Part shown: positions 1 through 12,664 of the stretch, one piece after another
Layout of the letters: every line of letters starts with the position of its first letter
Position numbering within the stretch: the first letter of the stretch is position 1
Source of the DNA: Octopus sinensis
Taxonomy: Eukaryota
Assembly: GCF_006345805.1 (NCBI RefSeq)
Contig: NW_021835262.1
Coordinates: forward strand, 1-42,394
DNA: 42,394 nt
Reading direction: 5' to 3'
Notes under the pieces: generated by a model
What the model saw: the letters and a program-made list of their open reading frames with translations, nothing else
Told to the model about the DNA's origin: nothing
Databases searched by the model: none
Program-made: the position numbers and the translations under genes

Positions 1-12
1 ATATATATATAT

Positions 13-273
13 ATCGTGGTACGCTGTTAGTTACGACGACGAGGGTTCAGTTGATCTGATCAACGGAACAGCCTGCTCGTGAAATTAACGTGCACGTTGG
101 CTGAGCACTCCACAGACACGTTTACCCTTAACGTAGTTCACGGGGAGATTCACAGCGTGACACAAGATGCGATAAGGCTGGCCCTTCGAAATATAGGTAC
201 AACAACCAAAACAGGAAGAAAGAGCGAGAGAAAGTTGTGTTGAAAGAGTAGAGCAGGGTTCGCCACCACCATT
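13..273 (-). mobile_element. SINE fragment, same family as 11445-11751
   Basis: Shares the block GTTACGACGACGAGGG...GAAATTAACGTGCA...GAGCACTCCACAGA...CCTTAACGTAGTTC with 11455-11600. Confidence 0.7.
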
Positions 274-277
274 CACC

Positions 278-310
<33 letters not shown>

Positions 311-392
311 ATATATTAAATATATATATTATATATATATATATATTATATATATATATATACAATACATACATACATACATACACACACAG

Positions 393-1720
393 AGCCTCTA
401 TACTGTTATCCCTCACCACGAAGGACTGCAGGCCCTTCGACACTTTCTTGACCTCCGCTCTAACCCCTGTACCTGACACCTCCACACTCATTCGTCTGGC
501 CGAACTTGTCCTTACTCTGAACTGCTTCTCGTTCGCGGGGCGAGTTCTACCATCAGGTCTCGGGAGTGGCCATGGGAACGCGAATGGGCCCCAACTATGC
601 TAACCTGTTCGTTGGCTATGTTGAGGCCCAAATATTCTCTATTTCACTGGTCCCACTCCTGAACTATATGGTCGTTACATTGACGACATTATCGGTGCCA
701 CCTCACTCTCCCGCGAACATCTAGATTCCTTCCTCTCTTTCGTCCAATCTTTCCATCCAGCCCTCCACTTCACTTCCACTATCTCCAACACCTCTGTCTC
801 CTTTCCCTCGACATTTCGGTTAGCATTCTTCACTCCACTCTTACCACCTCCATTCACTACAAACACACAGACTCACACTCATACCTCAACTTCTCTTCCT
901 CCCACCCAGACACACCAAGCTTTCCATCCCCTATTCCCATTCCTCCTCCGTCTACGTAGGCTCTGTAGTGACGACCATGACTTTGAGACTCAGTCTCAAC
1001 GTATGGCTCATCCCACTTCACCTACGTGGATACCCCCTCACCACTATCCACACCGCCCTTGCCAAGCACGGTCCGTGACCGTGTATCTGCTTTCTCTCTC
1101 CCCGAACCCGCCCTGTAGTCTCCCGCCTCCCTTTTCCTCTCACTTACCACCCCACGACCCTACGTCTCCAACGCACCATTCTCGAGCTTTCCGTCATCTC
1201 CAGTCCGACCCGTCCACTTCACACCTCTTCCCTAACCGACCCCCTCCCTCTTCAAACGAGCCCACAACCTTCGAGACCTTTGGTCCATAGCTCCTTCCCT
1301 GACCCTACCTCCCAACCCGGCTCGTTCCCCTGCTCCCGCCCACGTTGCCGCACTTGCCCTTACCTCTCCAACACCACCCGCCTCACTAGCACCCACCATC
1401 GACCCTATCCCATCATCCACTCCTTCACCTGCACCTCCAGCAATATTATCTATTGCGTCTCTTGCTCTCTCTGCTATTCCTTGTACATCGGACCAACGGG
1501 ACGCCGCTTGGCTGACCGGTTCGCGGAACACCTTCGTGACATCCACCTTGCGAACGACACACCGGTCTCACGCCATTTTCCGCTCCACCGGTCACTCCTT
1601 GCAACACCTATCTGTGTTCGGTTTGTCCTTACCCAGAGGCCTTCCGGATTCCCGTTTGCGCCGTGAACAGGAATTAATCTTCTCTCTTCGCTCTTATACG
1701 CCATTTGGTCTCAACTCTCC
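393..1720 (+). pseudogene. PLE reverse transcriptase-GIY-YIG polyprotein, frameshifted
   Basis: RT motifs at ~393-900 and GIY-YIG at ~1320-1715 (ending REQELIFSLRSYTPFGLN) are split over several frames. Confidence 0.9.
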
Positions 1721-2085
1721 CCCCTCCTCATCTAACCCCCCCCCCCCCTCCCTCACCTATCTTCCCCTCCCGACCCCCCTACTTCTTCAGTCCTTCATCC
1801 TTTCACCCCTACTTCTCCCCTTCCCTTCTTCCCTCTTTCTCCTCCCTCCTTCCCTCTTCCCTCTGCTCCCTCACTCCCCTCTTCTCTCTATCCACCCCTC
1901 CCCCTCTTTCCTCCTTCATCCCCCTCCTCCTCCCCTTCTTCTCCCCCTCCTCTCTCTCCCCTCTCCCCCTCCTCTCCTCTTCCCCTCTCTTTTCCCCTCC
2001 CCTTCTCCCCCCTCTCTCTCATCCCCCCCCCCTCTTCTCCTCACTACACCACACGACTTTACACATCACATCATATATGATGTGC

Positions 2086-2430
2086 CATACTAATACATAC
2101 ACCAACTAATACATACTAATACGTACTAATACATACTACATACATACACCAACCCTATACATACACACGTCCAGACCCTCATACGCACTTATACTCTCTC
2201 ACACACACACACACACTTATACATACTAATACGTACTAATACATACTAATACATACTAATACATACACCAACCCCATACAAACGCACGTCCAGACCTATC
2301 CTACGCACTAATACTCTCTCATACACACACACCACACATACACACACACCACACCTTATACATACTAATCATACTAATACATACACCAACCCTATACATA
2401 CACACGTCCAGACCCCTCCTACGCACTATA
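2086..2430 (+). repeat. About three imperfect ~125-bp repeats in the PLE 3' UTR
   Basis: CATACACCAACCC(T/C)ATACA..C(A/G)CACGTCCAGACC recurs near 2143, 2263 and 2380. Confidence 0.7.
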
Positions 2431-2611
2431 GCTGGTCATTCAACCCTATTATCAACCCTATTATCTCCCCTATTTCTTATTTCGCTCTCGCGTCTCATGT
2501 TTGATCTTTGACCTCTGGCCGAAATCAGATCGCCATGTTGATTCGTTAGTTACTGCACGCATTTTTTTTCTCTCCTTCTTTCTGTGTTTTTTTTTCTCTC
2601 TGTGTATCATT

Positions 2612-2645
2612 CTGTTGAAGAGCGTAGGCTCGAAACGTTAAAGAC
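2612..2645 (+). ncRNA. Degenerate minimal hammerhead-like motif at the PLE 3' end
   Basis: CTGTTGAA-GAGC gtag GCTC-GAAA-CGTTA. Helix II hairpin and GAAAC are present, the core is a variant, and helix I is not evident. Confidence 0.5.
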
Positions 2646-2749
2646 TTGTTTTATTTATATTTCCTGAGCGCCATACGAATACAATTGTTTGTTTGTTTTC
2701 CACCTGCCTTCGTCTTTTGTCTATTTTCATAAAGCTTCCCGTTATCATA

Positions 2750-2784
<35 letters not shown>

Positions 2785-2811
2785 ACCACACATATGTATA
2801 CATATATATAC

Positions 2812-2842
<31 letters not shown>

Positions 2843-3556
2843 CACACACAGCACACCACACACACACCATATATATATTATATATATTACACTGGCGAAA
2901 ATAAGTCAAAATAAGTTTCAGACCGATGACAGTTCTATTTCTTCATTAATTTATTTTTAACAAAACTGTATAAACTTACTTTACTTTTTACATTTCATGC
3001 AGAATTTTTTTCTCTTTCGAATGATATAGGCTTTATATATATTTCTACAATTTGAATAATATCAATGCGCAATTAATTCAAATGATCAAAAATTGTCGGC
3101 AAAATAATTTTAAGACTGTACCAACGTTATTTTGTTAAAGACTACGAAGATTATGCAAATTAATAAACCAAATAGGTAATCATTTGGCTGGTCGCACTGT
3201 ACTGTTTCGTTTAATAATCGAGCATTGTTACACATTAATTCGCTATGGGAAAGCGTCGTTGTACCAGCCTAGTTACTAGATCAAAGATCGTGTTGTTTCA
3301 TCAGCAAAATGTGTCCTTCAGGAACATTATAGCAAGCAATTAGAATGCAGCAAAACGGCTTGTTTTCATGCATGGAAGCTTTATCAAGCCACTGGCCAAT
3401 ACAAAGATCGGCAAAGAACGGACGCTCTGAGAAAAACTGGTGGAATAAGTACCAGGCTTGAAAAGAAAATAAGTACGACAAAAATTAATCCGACAAAAAA
3501 TTTTTTAAGGCGGTGCCCCAGCATGGCCGCAGTACAAGGACGGAAAGAAGTAAAAG

Positions 3557-3588
<32 letters not shown>

Positions 3589-3754
3589 GTGCACACACAC
3601 ATACGTACACACATACATACATACGAGCATATCTAGATATGCATGAGAATACATACATACATACGAGCATATCTAGATATGCATGAGAATACATACATAC
3701 ACACACATACATACATACATACATACATACATACATACATACATACATACATAC

Positions 3755-3882
3755 ATACATACAAAAATACTCTGTTGTTGATGTTGAAATTCCAATGAAG
3801 GAGCTTGGATCTAGGTTAGAAACCGGTTCCTTCTCTATTGGCAAGAAATATTGAAATAAACTGGATAAGGACATACATACGT
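3755..3882 (+). mobile_element. 3' UTR of an RLE-type LINE ending in (CATA)n
   Basis: GGATCTAGGTTAGAAACCGG...GAAATAAACTG..ACATACATAC matches the reverse complement of 6420-6540 and 13788-13865. Confidence 0.65.
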
Positions 3883-3895
3883 GCACATACATTTA

Positions 3896-4174
3896 TACGA
3901 GGTGTTGGTGGAAGTTCCTAGCTTTGAGTATAAGAATATACAAGATGATGTTTTTTTTTTCTTTTACTTGTTTCAGTCATTTAACTGCGGCCATACTGGA
4001 GCACTGCCTTTAGTCGGGCAAACTGACCCCAGGACTTATACTTTGTAAGCCTAATACTTATTCTATCGGTTTCTTTTGCTGAACTGCTAAGTTACGGGAA
4101 CGTAAACACACCAGCATCGGTTGTCAAGCGATGTTGGGGGATCAAACACACACACAACAAATACACACACGCAG

Positions 4175-4234
<60 letters not shown>

Positions 4235-4515
4235 GACGGTCTTCTTCCAGTTTCCGTCTACCAAATCCACTCACAAGGCTTTGGTCGGCCCGAGGCTATA
4301 GTAAAAGACACTTGCCCAAGGTGTCACGCAGTGGGACTGAACCCGGGACCATGTGATTGGTAAGCAAGCTACTTACCCCACAGCCACAGATCCACACGCT
4401 TATTGCAGCGGTCCTTCAGTTTTTCTAAGCCCTGTAAGAGAACTCGGAAGGTTGCGCCTCCAGTCAGGCTTTTCGGTACCCTTAAAGCCAGGAATTTTTC
4501 AGCACCCTTTGTGTA
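3896..4515. mobile_element. Mariner-type MITE interrupted by a SINE
   Basis: Ends TA-CGAGGTGTTGGTGGAAGTTCCTAGCTTT and AAAGCCAGGAATTTTTCAGCACCC..TA; homologous to the uninterrupted copy at 26645-26841. Confidence 0.7.
3960..4388 (-). mobile_element. tRNA-derived SINE with internal (CA)n
   Basis: Minus-strand head TGGCTGTGGGTAAGTAGCTTGCT..CCCGGGTTCAGTCCCACTGCG; many homologous copies in the window. Confidence 0.8.
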
Positions 4516-4522
4516 TCACATT

Positions 4523-4567
<45 letters not shown>

Positions 4568-4999
4568 ATCAGGTATGTGTGTGTGTGTGTTTTGTCAGCA
4601 GAAATTAAAGTCCATTTGCAGTTTCGAGAAACTATGTTTGATTAGAATCACATTAATGAACCTAACATTGGCTCGGGTATGTTATAGGCACGATTTCGGC
4701 GCCATTCACCAATTACGGGTATTTAAATAGCTAATGCACTCCATCCACCACATACCGCCCCTAAATAAAGGCTTGAAGAGGGGATTGGGATAGGGTTTGG
4801 ATGGTTGTGTAACTGGTTTAATGGTTGGTTGAGAATCAGGAAGTAGGTGTACTTGAAATGATGAAGAAAAGGGGATGAAGGACGGTGTAGGGTTGAAGAG
4901 GGATGGCGTAAAGGGGTGGGGTGGATGTAGACAAGGATGTTAAGGGGAGGAGAGGTAATGGAAGGGGAGAGTGATCAAAGAAAATGAAGAGAAGACTGT

Positions 5000-5790
5000 A
5001 GTCATCGTCGTCGTCGTGAGTAGTAGTAGTAGTAATCGTAGTAGTAGCAGTAATAGTAATAGTAGTTGTGGTGTCGGTAGTGGTGGTGGTGGTAGTAGTA
5101 GTTGTAGTAGTAATAGTAGTAGCAGTAGTAGTTATAGTAGTGGTGATGGTTGTGGTGGTGATGGTTGTGGTTGTGATGGTGGTGCTGCTGCTGGTCGTAG
5201 TAGAAGTAGTAGTAGTAGCTGTAGTAGTAGTAGTAGCTGTAGCAGTAGTAGTAGTATTAGTAGTAGTTGTTGTTGTAGTAGTAGTAGTGGTGGTGGTGGT
5301 GGTTGTGGTGGTTGTGGTGGTAGTGGTTGTGGTGGTGATGGTGGTGGTGGTGATGGTGGTGGTGCTGCTGGTCGTAGTAGAAGTAGTAGTAGTAGTTGTA
5401 GTAGTAGTATTTGTAGTAGTGGTGGTGGTTGTGGTGGTAGTGGTGCTGCTAGTTGTAGTAGTTGTGGTGGCGATAATGGTGTTGGTGGTGGTGGTGATTA
5501 TGATGCTGGTAGTGTTAATAATAGTTATAGTAATAGTGGTGGTGGTTGTGGTCGTAGTGGTGGTGGTGCTGGTCGTAGTAGTAATAGTAGCAGTAGTTGC
5601 TGATTACGGTGGTGGTGATGTTGGTGGTAGTCATAGTGATCATGATTATGATGCTGGTGATGTTGATAAAGGTGATGATGGTGATGGCAATAATGGTGGT
5701 AGCGGGGGCGGTAAACGTGTTGTAGATGATGGTGGCGATGGTGTTGTTGTAGTGATGGTGCCGGGAGGGTGATGAAGTTGGTGATGATGT
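5000..5790. repeat. Low-complexity (TAG/TGG/TTG)n trinucleotide tract
   Basis: Degenerate GTA/GTG triplets giving poly-Ser/Gly/Val pseudo-ORFs. Confidence 0.9.
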
Positions 5791-6049
5791 GGATGGTGGA
5801 CGTGTTCCTGATATTTGGCAGTATGTCAAAAAGTCGTTAAGTGAAATTGAACTCACTAACTGCAGCATCACAACTGCCAGTTTCTCACCACCTCCTTCCC
5901 TTCTTTCACTCTCTCTTTCTCTCTCCTCCCTCTCCCTTTCTCTCTCCCTCTTTCTCTTACTCTTCAAACATAAATCTTCAATACCATCAATTCATGATTA
6001 CCAGCAACATCGTCATCATCATCACCATCAGCAGCAGCAGCAGCAGTAG

Positions 6050-6084
<35 letters not shown>

Positions 6085-6236
6085 GCCTCATCATCATCAC
6101 AACCGCCATCACCTCCCCTCTCGCATTAGCTTTCCTCCATTGCCATATCGTGTAAATATGGCAGCAGTAATTTATTTCATTATTAAAATACTCCACTTTC
6201 TATGAGGTGTGACCATCATATTAGTGTGAATACGTG

Positions 6237-6272
<36 letters not shown>

Positions 6273-6275
6273 CCG

Positions 6276-6309
<34 letters not shown>

Positions 6310-6419
6310 TGTATGTATGTATATATGTATGCATGTATGTATGTATGTATGTATGTATGTATATATGTATGTATGTATGTATGTGTGTATGTATCTATGT
6401 ATGTATGTATGCATGTATG

Positions 6420-6885
6420 TATGTCATTATTCAGTTTTATTTCAGGATTTCTTGCCAATACAGAAAGAGCCGGTTTCTAACCTAGATCTAAGGCTCCATC
6501 ATTGCAATTTCAACAACACTAACAGGGCATTTTTGTATGTATACGTGCAGATTTGCATGTTTTGTTTTATATATGTATTCTCATGCATATACTTGCATAT
6601 CGAGACATGCTCATACATACTTAAATGATAAACTTCTGGTAAGTTTTACAGATTTTGCAGTTCCAGTGATTGATTGGATCTGTAGTCTTCGAATCAGCTT
6701 TCCCCTTTCTGGGAGATTGGTATTTAGGTAGTGTGTTACATATCCCAGGGCCCCAGTAATTACCGGTATAAACCTGAGTTTGTAACCTGGATAAAATGAC
6801 TGCAGATTTCTCAATAGTTCAGCGTAGGTGTTCTCTTTTTCACTGATCTTCAGCTTTATGTTAACATCCGATGGGCAGCTGATTT
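6420..6885 (-). mobile_element. 3' end of a non-LTR retrotransposon with restriction-like endonuclease, ending in (CATA)n
   Basis: Minus-strand ADVNIKLKISEKENTYAELLRNLQ..YKLRFIPVITGALGYV..LQIQSITGT resembles an RLE C-terminus; abuts the (TATG)n tract at 6279-6424. Confidence 0.7.
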
Positions 6886-7261
6886 ATCTTCTCCATCCCA
6901 AATCATTATATCACGTCTTTTGTGCTTACGTTTTATTGGTTTTCACTAGGACTCCACCAGTACTTTTTTTTTATTACGACTGGCTATGGCTTCCACCGTA
7001 CTGTATATGTGTATGTATGTATGTATGTTGGTATATGCACAATGCAGTGTGAATTACAAAGCTAATATTAATTTACAGCTTTCAAGTCTTTCACTGAGGC
7101 ACTTTCAACAGCTGAGAATGCAGGGTGGGCCAAAAGTCACGCACAAGATGAGTTCAATACGCTCTGGAACTGTCAAAGGCATGCTTCAGTTTTTCTAAAA
7201 CTGCATAAAATAAATAAAATGATGATGAATACACATATGATGAGCAAAATGATTAATAATA

Positions 7262-7580
7262 ATCATTTCTACGATAGGGTTAGGGTCTGAAATTTGGTGG
7301 GATGGGGCCATTCGATTAGATTGACTCCCAGTGCGCAACTGGTACTTAATTTATCGACCCCGAAAGGATGGAAACCAAAGTCGTCTCCGGTGGAAGTTGA
7401 ACTCAGAATGTAGTGGCAGACAAAATACCTATTTTTATTTCTTTACTACCCAGAAGGGGCTAAACACAGAGAGGACCCCAGTGCGTAATTGGTACTTATT
7501 TAATCGACTCCGAAAGGATGAAAAGGCAAAGTCGACGGAATTTGAACTCAGAACGTAATGGCAGATAAAATACCGCCAAG
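7262..7580 (-). mobile_element. Nin-domain SINE fragments
   Basis: Reverse complement of GCCTTTCATCCTTTCGGGGTCGATAAATTAAGTACCAG, a Nin-like central domain. Confidence 0.7.
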
Positions 7581-7581
7581 C

Positions 7582-7618
<37 letters not shown>

Positions 7619-7642
7619 TAATAATAATTAATAATAATAATT

Positions 7643-8021
7643 ATAAGAGCACTCAGAGCGCAAATCTTCGCCAAGACAACACCAATGTCCTTTCAACGAT
7701 TAGCTGGAGATTTTTAAAATGAGAATATCTGAAATAACCTCGAGTGCTCTCACAGACAAGAATACAAAAAAAAATAATAAATAAAATAAAATAAATCCGA
7801 CCGCTCTCAAAAATTAAGTAAAAAACCGGAAAAATAATTCAGAATCTTTATCCGGTATCTGATCGATCCCTAGATCTAATCAATTTGTGCCAATCATGAG
7901 GCCAAACATCCCTGAAAGTTACATTCGAATCCATCCGGCGGTTCTTGAGATATCTCGTCCACGGACAAACAAACAAATGCGACCGTAAACAATACCGCCA
8001 CCTTAGCGAAGGCGGAGGTAA
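7643..8021 (+). mobile_element. Helentron-associated (HINE/DINE-1/Pearl-like) non-autonomous element
   Basis: 5' AAGAGCACTCAGAG..CTTCGCCAAG; ACAAACAAAC microsatellite; 3' hairpin ACCGCCACCTTAGCGAAGGCGGAGGT followed by AAT. Confidence 0.5.
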
Positions 8022-8029
8022 TAGTAATG

Positions 8030-8120
<91 letters not shown>

Positions 8121-8173
8121 CAACAATAATAATAATAATAATAATTATAATTATAATAATAATAATAATAATA
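8022..8173. repeat. (AAT)n microsatellite
   Basis: About 50 nearly perfect units, read directly. Confidence 0.95.
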
Positions 8174-8382
8174 AAATACATAACGAAAACACCAGGACTT
8201 ACAAACACATATAACATACAGAAAATTGCACTACTAGGCACTGCACACATCCTACGCAGAACACTTTCCATACAAGAACCATCAGAGCATCACAACAAAT
8301 CACAGCACATACCCAAGGCACACAGAGCTGCGCTCGGTAGTGAAGTGAAAGCAAGCTATAAAAATAAAACTACTGAATAATA
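8174..8382 (+). mobile_element. R4/Dong-like LINE 3' end within (TAA)n
   Basis: KYITKTPGLTNTYNIQKIALLGTAHILRRTLS resembles the R4/Dong ORF C-terminus; the short UTR ends in AATAATAA. Confidence 0.7.
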
Positions 8383-8479
8383 AAAATAATAATACAAGCG
8401 GAGGATACTGTACAAAACATCTTTCTTCCCCATCTCTCTCTCTTTCTCTCTTGCTGCTGTAATTTCTCAGAAAATATTG

Positions 8480-8625
8480 TATGCAAATACCTCAGTCGCT
8501 GTATGCATGACTGCCACTCTCGTGTGGGCCTGTACAAGCACAAGAGACACTGCATCACCTTCATCAACTGACACGATTTCTTTCGGTGCAGATCCGTGGC
8601 CTCTCGAGACCAACGGCTGCCTTCT
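8480..8625 (+). mobile_element. RTE-type LINE 3' end fragment
   Basis: RCMHDCHSRVGLYKHKRHC resembles the RTE terminal zinc finger CxSRxGLxxHxRxC; a short UTR follows. Confidence 0.55.
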
Positions 8626-8963
8626 GTACTATTAATATAACCCAGATGTGCACTTTGATGACACACAAAGTTATTAAATTTACCTGAAATTTAAATCTAA
8701 TTCTCGATATGTCAAAAACTTCGGCAGTTCTACGGCTTGTTTACATTTTAATGGAGGAACGGTGTCAGTGACCAAGTCTTAGATGCGCGGCGAAAAGTTT
8801 AACATTTCAAGAATTAAATTTAAATTTCATGTATATTCAATAACTTTGCATGTTAGCAAATTGTTCTTCTGTGTTATTTACGTAATATCTTCTGAGAAAT
8901 TCTGTGAATATATGTATATATGCATATATATATATATATTATATATATATATATAATATATAT

Positions 8964-9041
<78 letters not shown>

Positions 9042-9094
9042 ATATTTATATATATATATATGTATGCATATATATTTATATACATATATACATA

Positions 9095-9130
<36 letters not shown>

Positions 9131-9437
9131 TGGGAGGCGCAATGGCCCAGTGGTTAGGGAAGCGGACTGGCAGTCGTAGGATCGCGGTTTCGATTCCCAG
9201 ACCGGGCGTTGGGAGTGCTTACTGAGCGAAAACACCTAAAGCTGCACGAGGCTCCGGCAGGGGGTGGGTGGGTGTCGAACTCTGCTGTATTCTTTCGCCA
9301 CAACTTTCTCCCACTCTTTCTTCTGTTGGCCTGCTCGCTTGGCCAGCGGGGTGGCGTCACTTGAAGCCTAAAACAATGTGAAGCGCATTGTGACCAGCGA
9401 TGTGTAGCAACATCTGATAGCCTGGTCGGTCACGTGA
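9131..9437 (+). mobile_element. tRNA-derived SINE
   Basis: A box TGGCCCAGTGG and B box GTTTCGATTCC at the head. Confidence 0.8.
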
Positions 9438-10009
9438 TATATATATATATACGTATACACACACACACACACACACACCACGCACACACACACCACACAC
9501 ACACATATATATATATATGAAAATAATAAGGGTAGAAAATTTAGAGAAGTATTTTAGTGGTGGCCTGCATGCGTAATAAAGTCAATAGGCAACATATTTT
9601 TCATATAAATTAGCGCCATTACTGAAGAAGCACGGATGGCAAATTATTTTATTTGCACATTGTTGTTGAAACTCGACTATAAGCGTAACTATTGAAATGT
9701 TTTTATTTTTCATTCGCCTTGAAATTACTCCTATTCGTGGTTTGGACTTTAACTGCCCTTTTTAAAATGTAAGGTGCCCTATTAAGGTCACACTAATTTA
9801 TATATATATATATATACATATATTTTTTTAATATGTTATTATTATTAATATAAGGAAATTAATATCCAAATTCATCATAAAGATATACCCGTGTGAAAAA
9901 CCTTATCGTATTAAAAATATATATAAATAAATATAAAAATATAAATATAATGTATATCTTTGTGTGTGTGTGTGTGTGTGTGTGTTTGTGTATTTATAGA
10001 TATAGTGAA

Positions 10010-11369
10010 TCATCATGCGGTTTCTTTCAATTGCATGAACTAAAAAGTCGGAGGTGGACGGGATAAACTACCTGCATCAACTTGGCATAAAAGCAGGTAA
10101 TAATTTTATTTTGTTCTTATTCTTAGCGCAAGTTTTGAAGAGCGCTGCTCGATTTTAACAGTTATTTTTTCAAAGCTATAAGTGAAGTGACAAAGTAGCA
10201 TATTCGGCATATTTTGCTTTATGAGTTCAATAAAGTCAACAGCACAACAGAAAGTTTGAGGAATATTAATGTAGTATGTAGGGATAGAAAAATAAGCGTA
10301 AACCAGTGTCAATGTGGTTCTAGAAATTCCGAACCGGGAACTGCAGCCTTGAAGATAAGCCTTGTCCTGGAAGATCTGTGGAGCTTGACGAGGACCTCCT
10401 GCAAACATTGGTAGAACAAAATCCCATCGTAACTGTTGAGGAACTAGCAGAAAAGCTTGGATTTGGTCATTCAAAAAGTCAGAAAACTTGGATCAATGGG
10501 GTCCTCACACTCTTTCCAAGTCTAATCGCGCGCAGAGAGTGAATGTGTGCTTTTCTTTGCTGTCACATCTCCCGAATGAACCTTTTTTGGACCGAATGGT
10601 GACTGGTGAGGAGAAATGGATTCTCTATAAAAATGTCAAGTGCCGGAGACAGTGGATAGGGAAAGGAGAAACACCGGCACCTCAGGCTAAAGAAGGTCTT
10701 CACCCACGTAAAATGTTGTTATCTGTTTGGTGGGATTAGGATTAGGGTTAGGGTTAGGGTCCACTTTGAGCTTTTTAACCCAAACCAAACGATAACCGTG
10801 ATCTACTGCGAGCAGCTTAAGTGACCGCTAGATGAGAAACGATCATATTTGGTTTCAAGACAAAAGGTGTGTTCCATCAGGATAATGCTCAGCCACATAC
10901 AGTGAGGATGACATTTCAAAGGCTGGAGCAATTTGAATGGGAAACGATGCCCCACCCACCATTCGGCATATTTTGTTATATGAATTCAATAAAGAAACCA
11001 ATGCAAGGGAAAGTGCGAGGAATATTAATGCAGTATATGGGGATCGGACAATAAGCGTAAGCCAGTGTCAATCGTGGTTCCAGAAATTCCGAACCGGAAA
11101 CTATAGCCTAGAAGATAAGCCGCGCAGTCTTCAAAATCATTTGGACGGAAAAAATATGAACTCTGTAGACGAGGTCAGAAAAGTACTGGAGGAGTACTTT
11201 TTGTTACGGGCAATTGAATTTTGGAAGCGGAACTTTCCAGATAGATGAAAGAGCATTTTAGAAAATACAGGAGAGGATATTTTAGATTAAAAAATAACTT
11301 TGTTTATCTTAATTTTGAAAAATAAAATAAATATAAATAAACCGCATTATTTATGGGATGACCCAATAT
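10010..11369 (+). mobile_element. Decayed mariner (Mos1/SETMAR-like) transposon
   Basis: HIRHILLYEFNK helix-turn-helix, WGPHTLS, FLDRMVTGEEKWILY, GLHPRKMLLSVWWD, FHQDNAQPH, RSLQNHLDGK; 3' TIR CCGCATTATTTATGGGATGACCCAATA. Confidence 0.92.
10736..10759 (+). repeat. Short interstitial telomeric (TTAGGG)n tract
   Basis: TTAGGA TTAGGG TTAGGG TTAGGG inside the transposase ORF. Confidence 0.75.
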
Positions 11370-11444
11370 ATATATATATATATATATATATTAACAGGTC
11401 GCCTTACATACTAGAAGGAACAGTCCTATATTAGCATATAGGAG

Positions 11445-11751
11445 CACACTATCGGTTACGACGACGAGGGCTCCAGCTGATACGATCAACGGAACAGCTT
11501 GCTCGTGAAATTAACGTGCAAGTGGCCGAGCACTCCACAGAAAAGTGTGCCCTTAACGTAGTTCTCAGGGTGATTCAGTGTGACATAAAGCGTGACAAAA
11601 TCGGCCCTACTACTCATTTTTGCCAGCTAACTGGACTGGAACAACGTGGAATAAATTATCTTGCTCAAGGTCACAACGCGTCGCCGGGAATTGAACTCAC
11701 GACCTTACGACCGTGAGCCGAATGCCCTAACCATTAAGCCACGCGCCTTCA
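11445..11751 (-). mobile_element. tRNA-derived SINE
   Basis: Minus-strand head TGGCTTAATGGTTAGGGCA..GAGTTCAATTCCC. Confidence 0.8.
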
Positions 11752-12046
11752 CATACATATATACACTTACATACACTTATTTACATATATAAACATGCAT
11801 ACATGTATTCATGTGTCTGTGTGTTTATACCAGTCTAAAAACCGATTTTACTTATATGAAGTTATTTGTGTTCCGTAAAGTGCAGGAACGATAAAAAAAA
11901 AGGGATCCAGACTAAGATAAGTTCTAGGTACTGTATAATGAACTAAACCTTTGAAGACGGTAGTACAGCCTGGTAGCAGCCTAATGAATGAACACTATGA
12001 AGGCACAAAGGAAAAGACTACATACATACATACATACATACATACA

Positions 12047-12080
<34 letters not shown>

Positions 12081-12621
12081 CATACATATATGTATACACA
12101 CACACGCACACACACATACACACACACACGTTTGTGTGTGTGTTCCATTCTGTTCCCTATGGTCCCTAACGAGATGCCAATCTGTCCCTTCAGTCTAAAA
12201 TAATAATGTCCGGTCCCTAAGGACTTTGGCGCCGTATAATCAATTGCAACCAATATGTCTGCCAGGAAATATCGATCAATTTGCTTTGATAATGATTAGG
12301 GTCTGATTAATAGAAGATAAAACAGTATCGCATCCCTTTATTGCTCCAGAGAGCTGAGTTTAAGACTCACCCAACCGCCATGTTAATGTTCAGGCTCTTA
12401 GTGGTTGTAGTGGCTGTGGTAGCAGTGGAGATCGCTGTTTCTCTAGTTGTAGTTGTTGGTGTTGGCTGTGGTGTTTTGTGATGGTGGTGGAGATTTCTGT
12501 TGTGGTAGTTCTTGAGGTTGTGACTATTGTTATGATTGTATGTGATGATGCTGACATTGTTGTTCTTTTAGTACTAGCAGTGGTAGTGATGGCGGTGGTG
12601 GTGGTGGTGGTGGTGGTGATG

Positions 12622-12664
<43 letters not shown>

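Larger units (their letters stand above)
393..2748 (+). mobile_element. 5'-truncated Penelope-like element (Neptune-type): frameshifted RT + GIY-YIG endonuclease, CT-rich tract and repetitive 3' UTR
   Basis: Manual translation gives SLYTVIPH, LIRLAELVLTLNCFSF, GVAMGTRMGPNYANLFVGYVE and RYIDDI (RT). ORF 1280-1666 has PCSRPRCRTCPY and FTCTSSNIIYCVSCSLC..LYIGPTGRRLADRFAEHL (Cys linker + GIY-YIG). Ends at (TA)n. Confidence 0.92.

Noticed and set aside
4971-5772. Long Ser/Gly-rich and poly-Val ORFs
   Set aside because: Products of a trinucleotide low-complexity tract; no real start codon or domain
6140-6162. 8-bp inverted repeat TGCCATAT/ATATGGCA
   Set aside because: Short enough to arise by chance; no other support
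9131-9210. tRNA-like A and B boxes
   Set aside because: Head of a SINE; no complete cloverleaf, and it continues into SINE body
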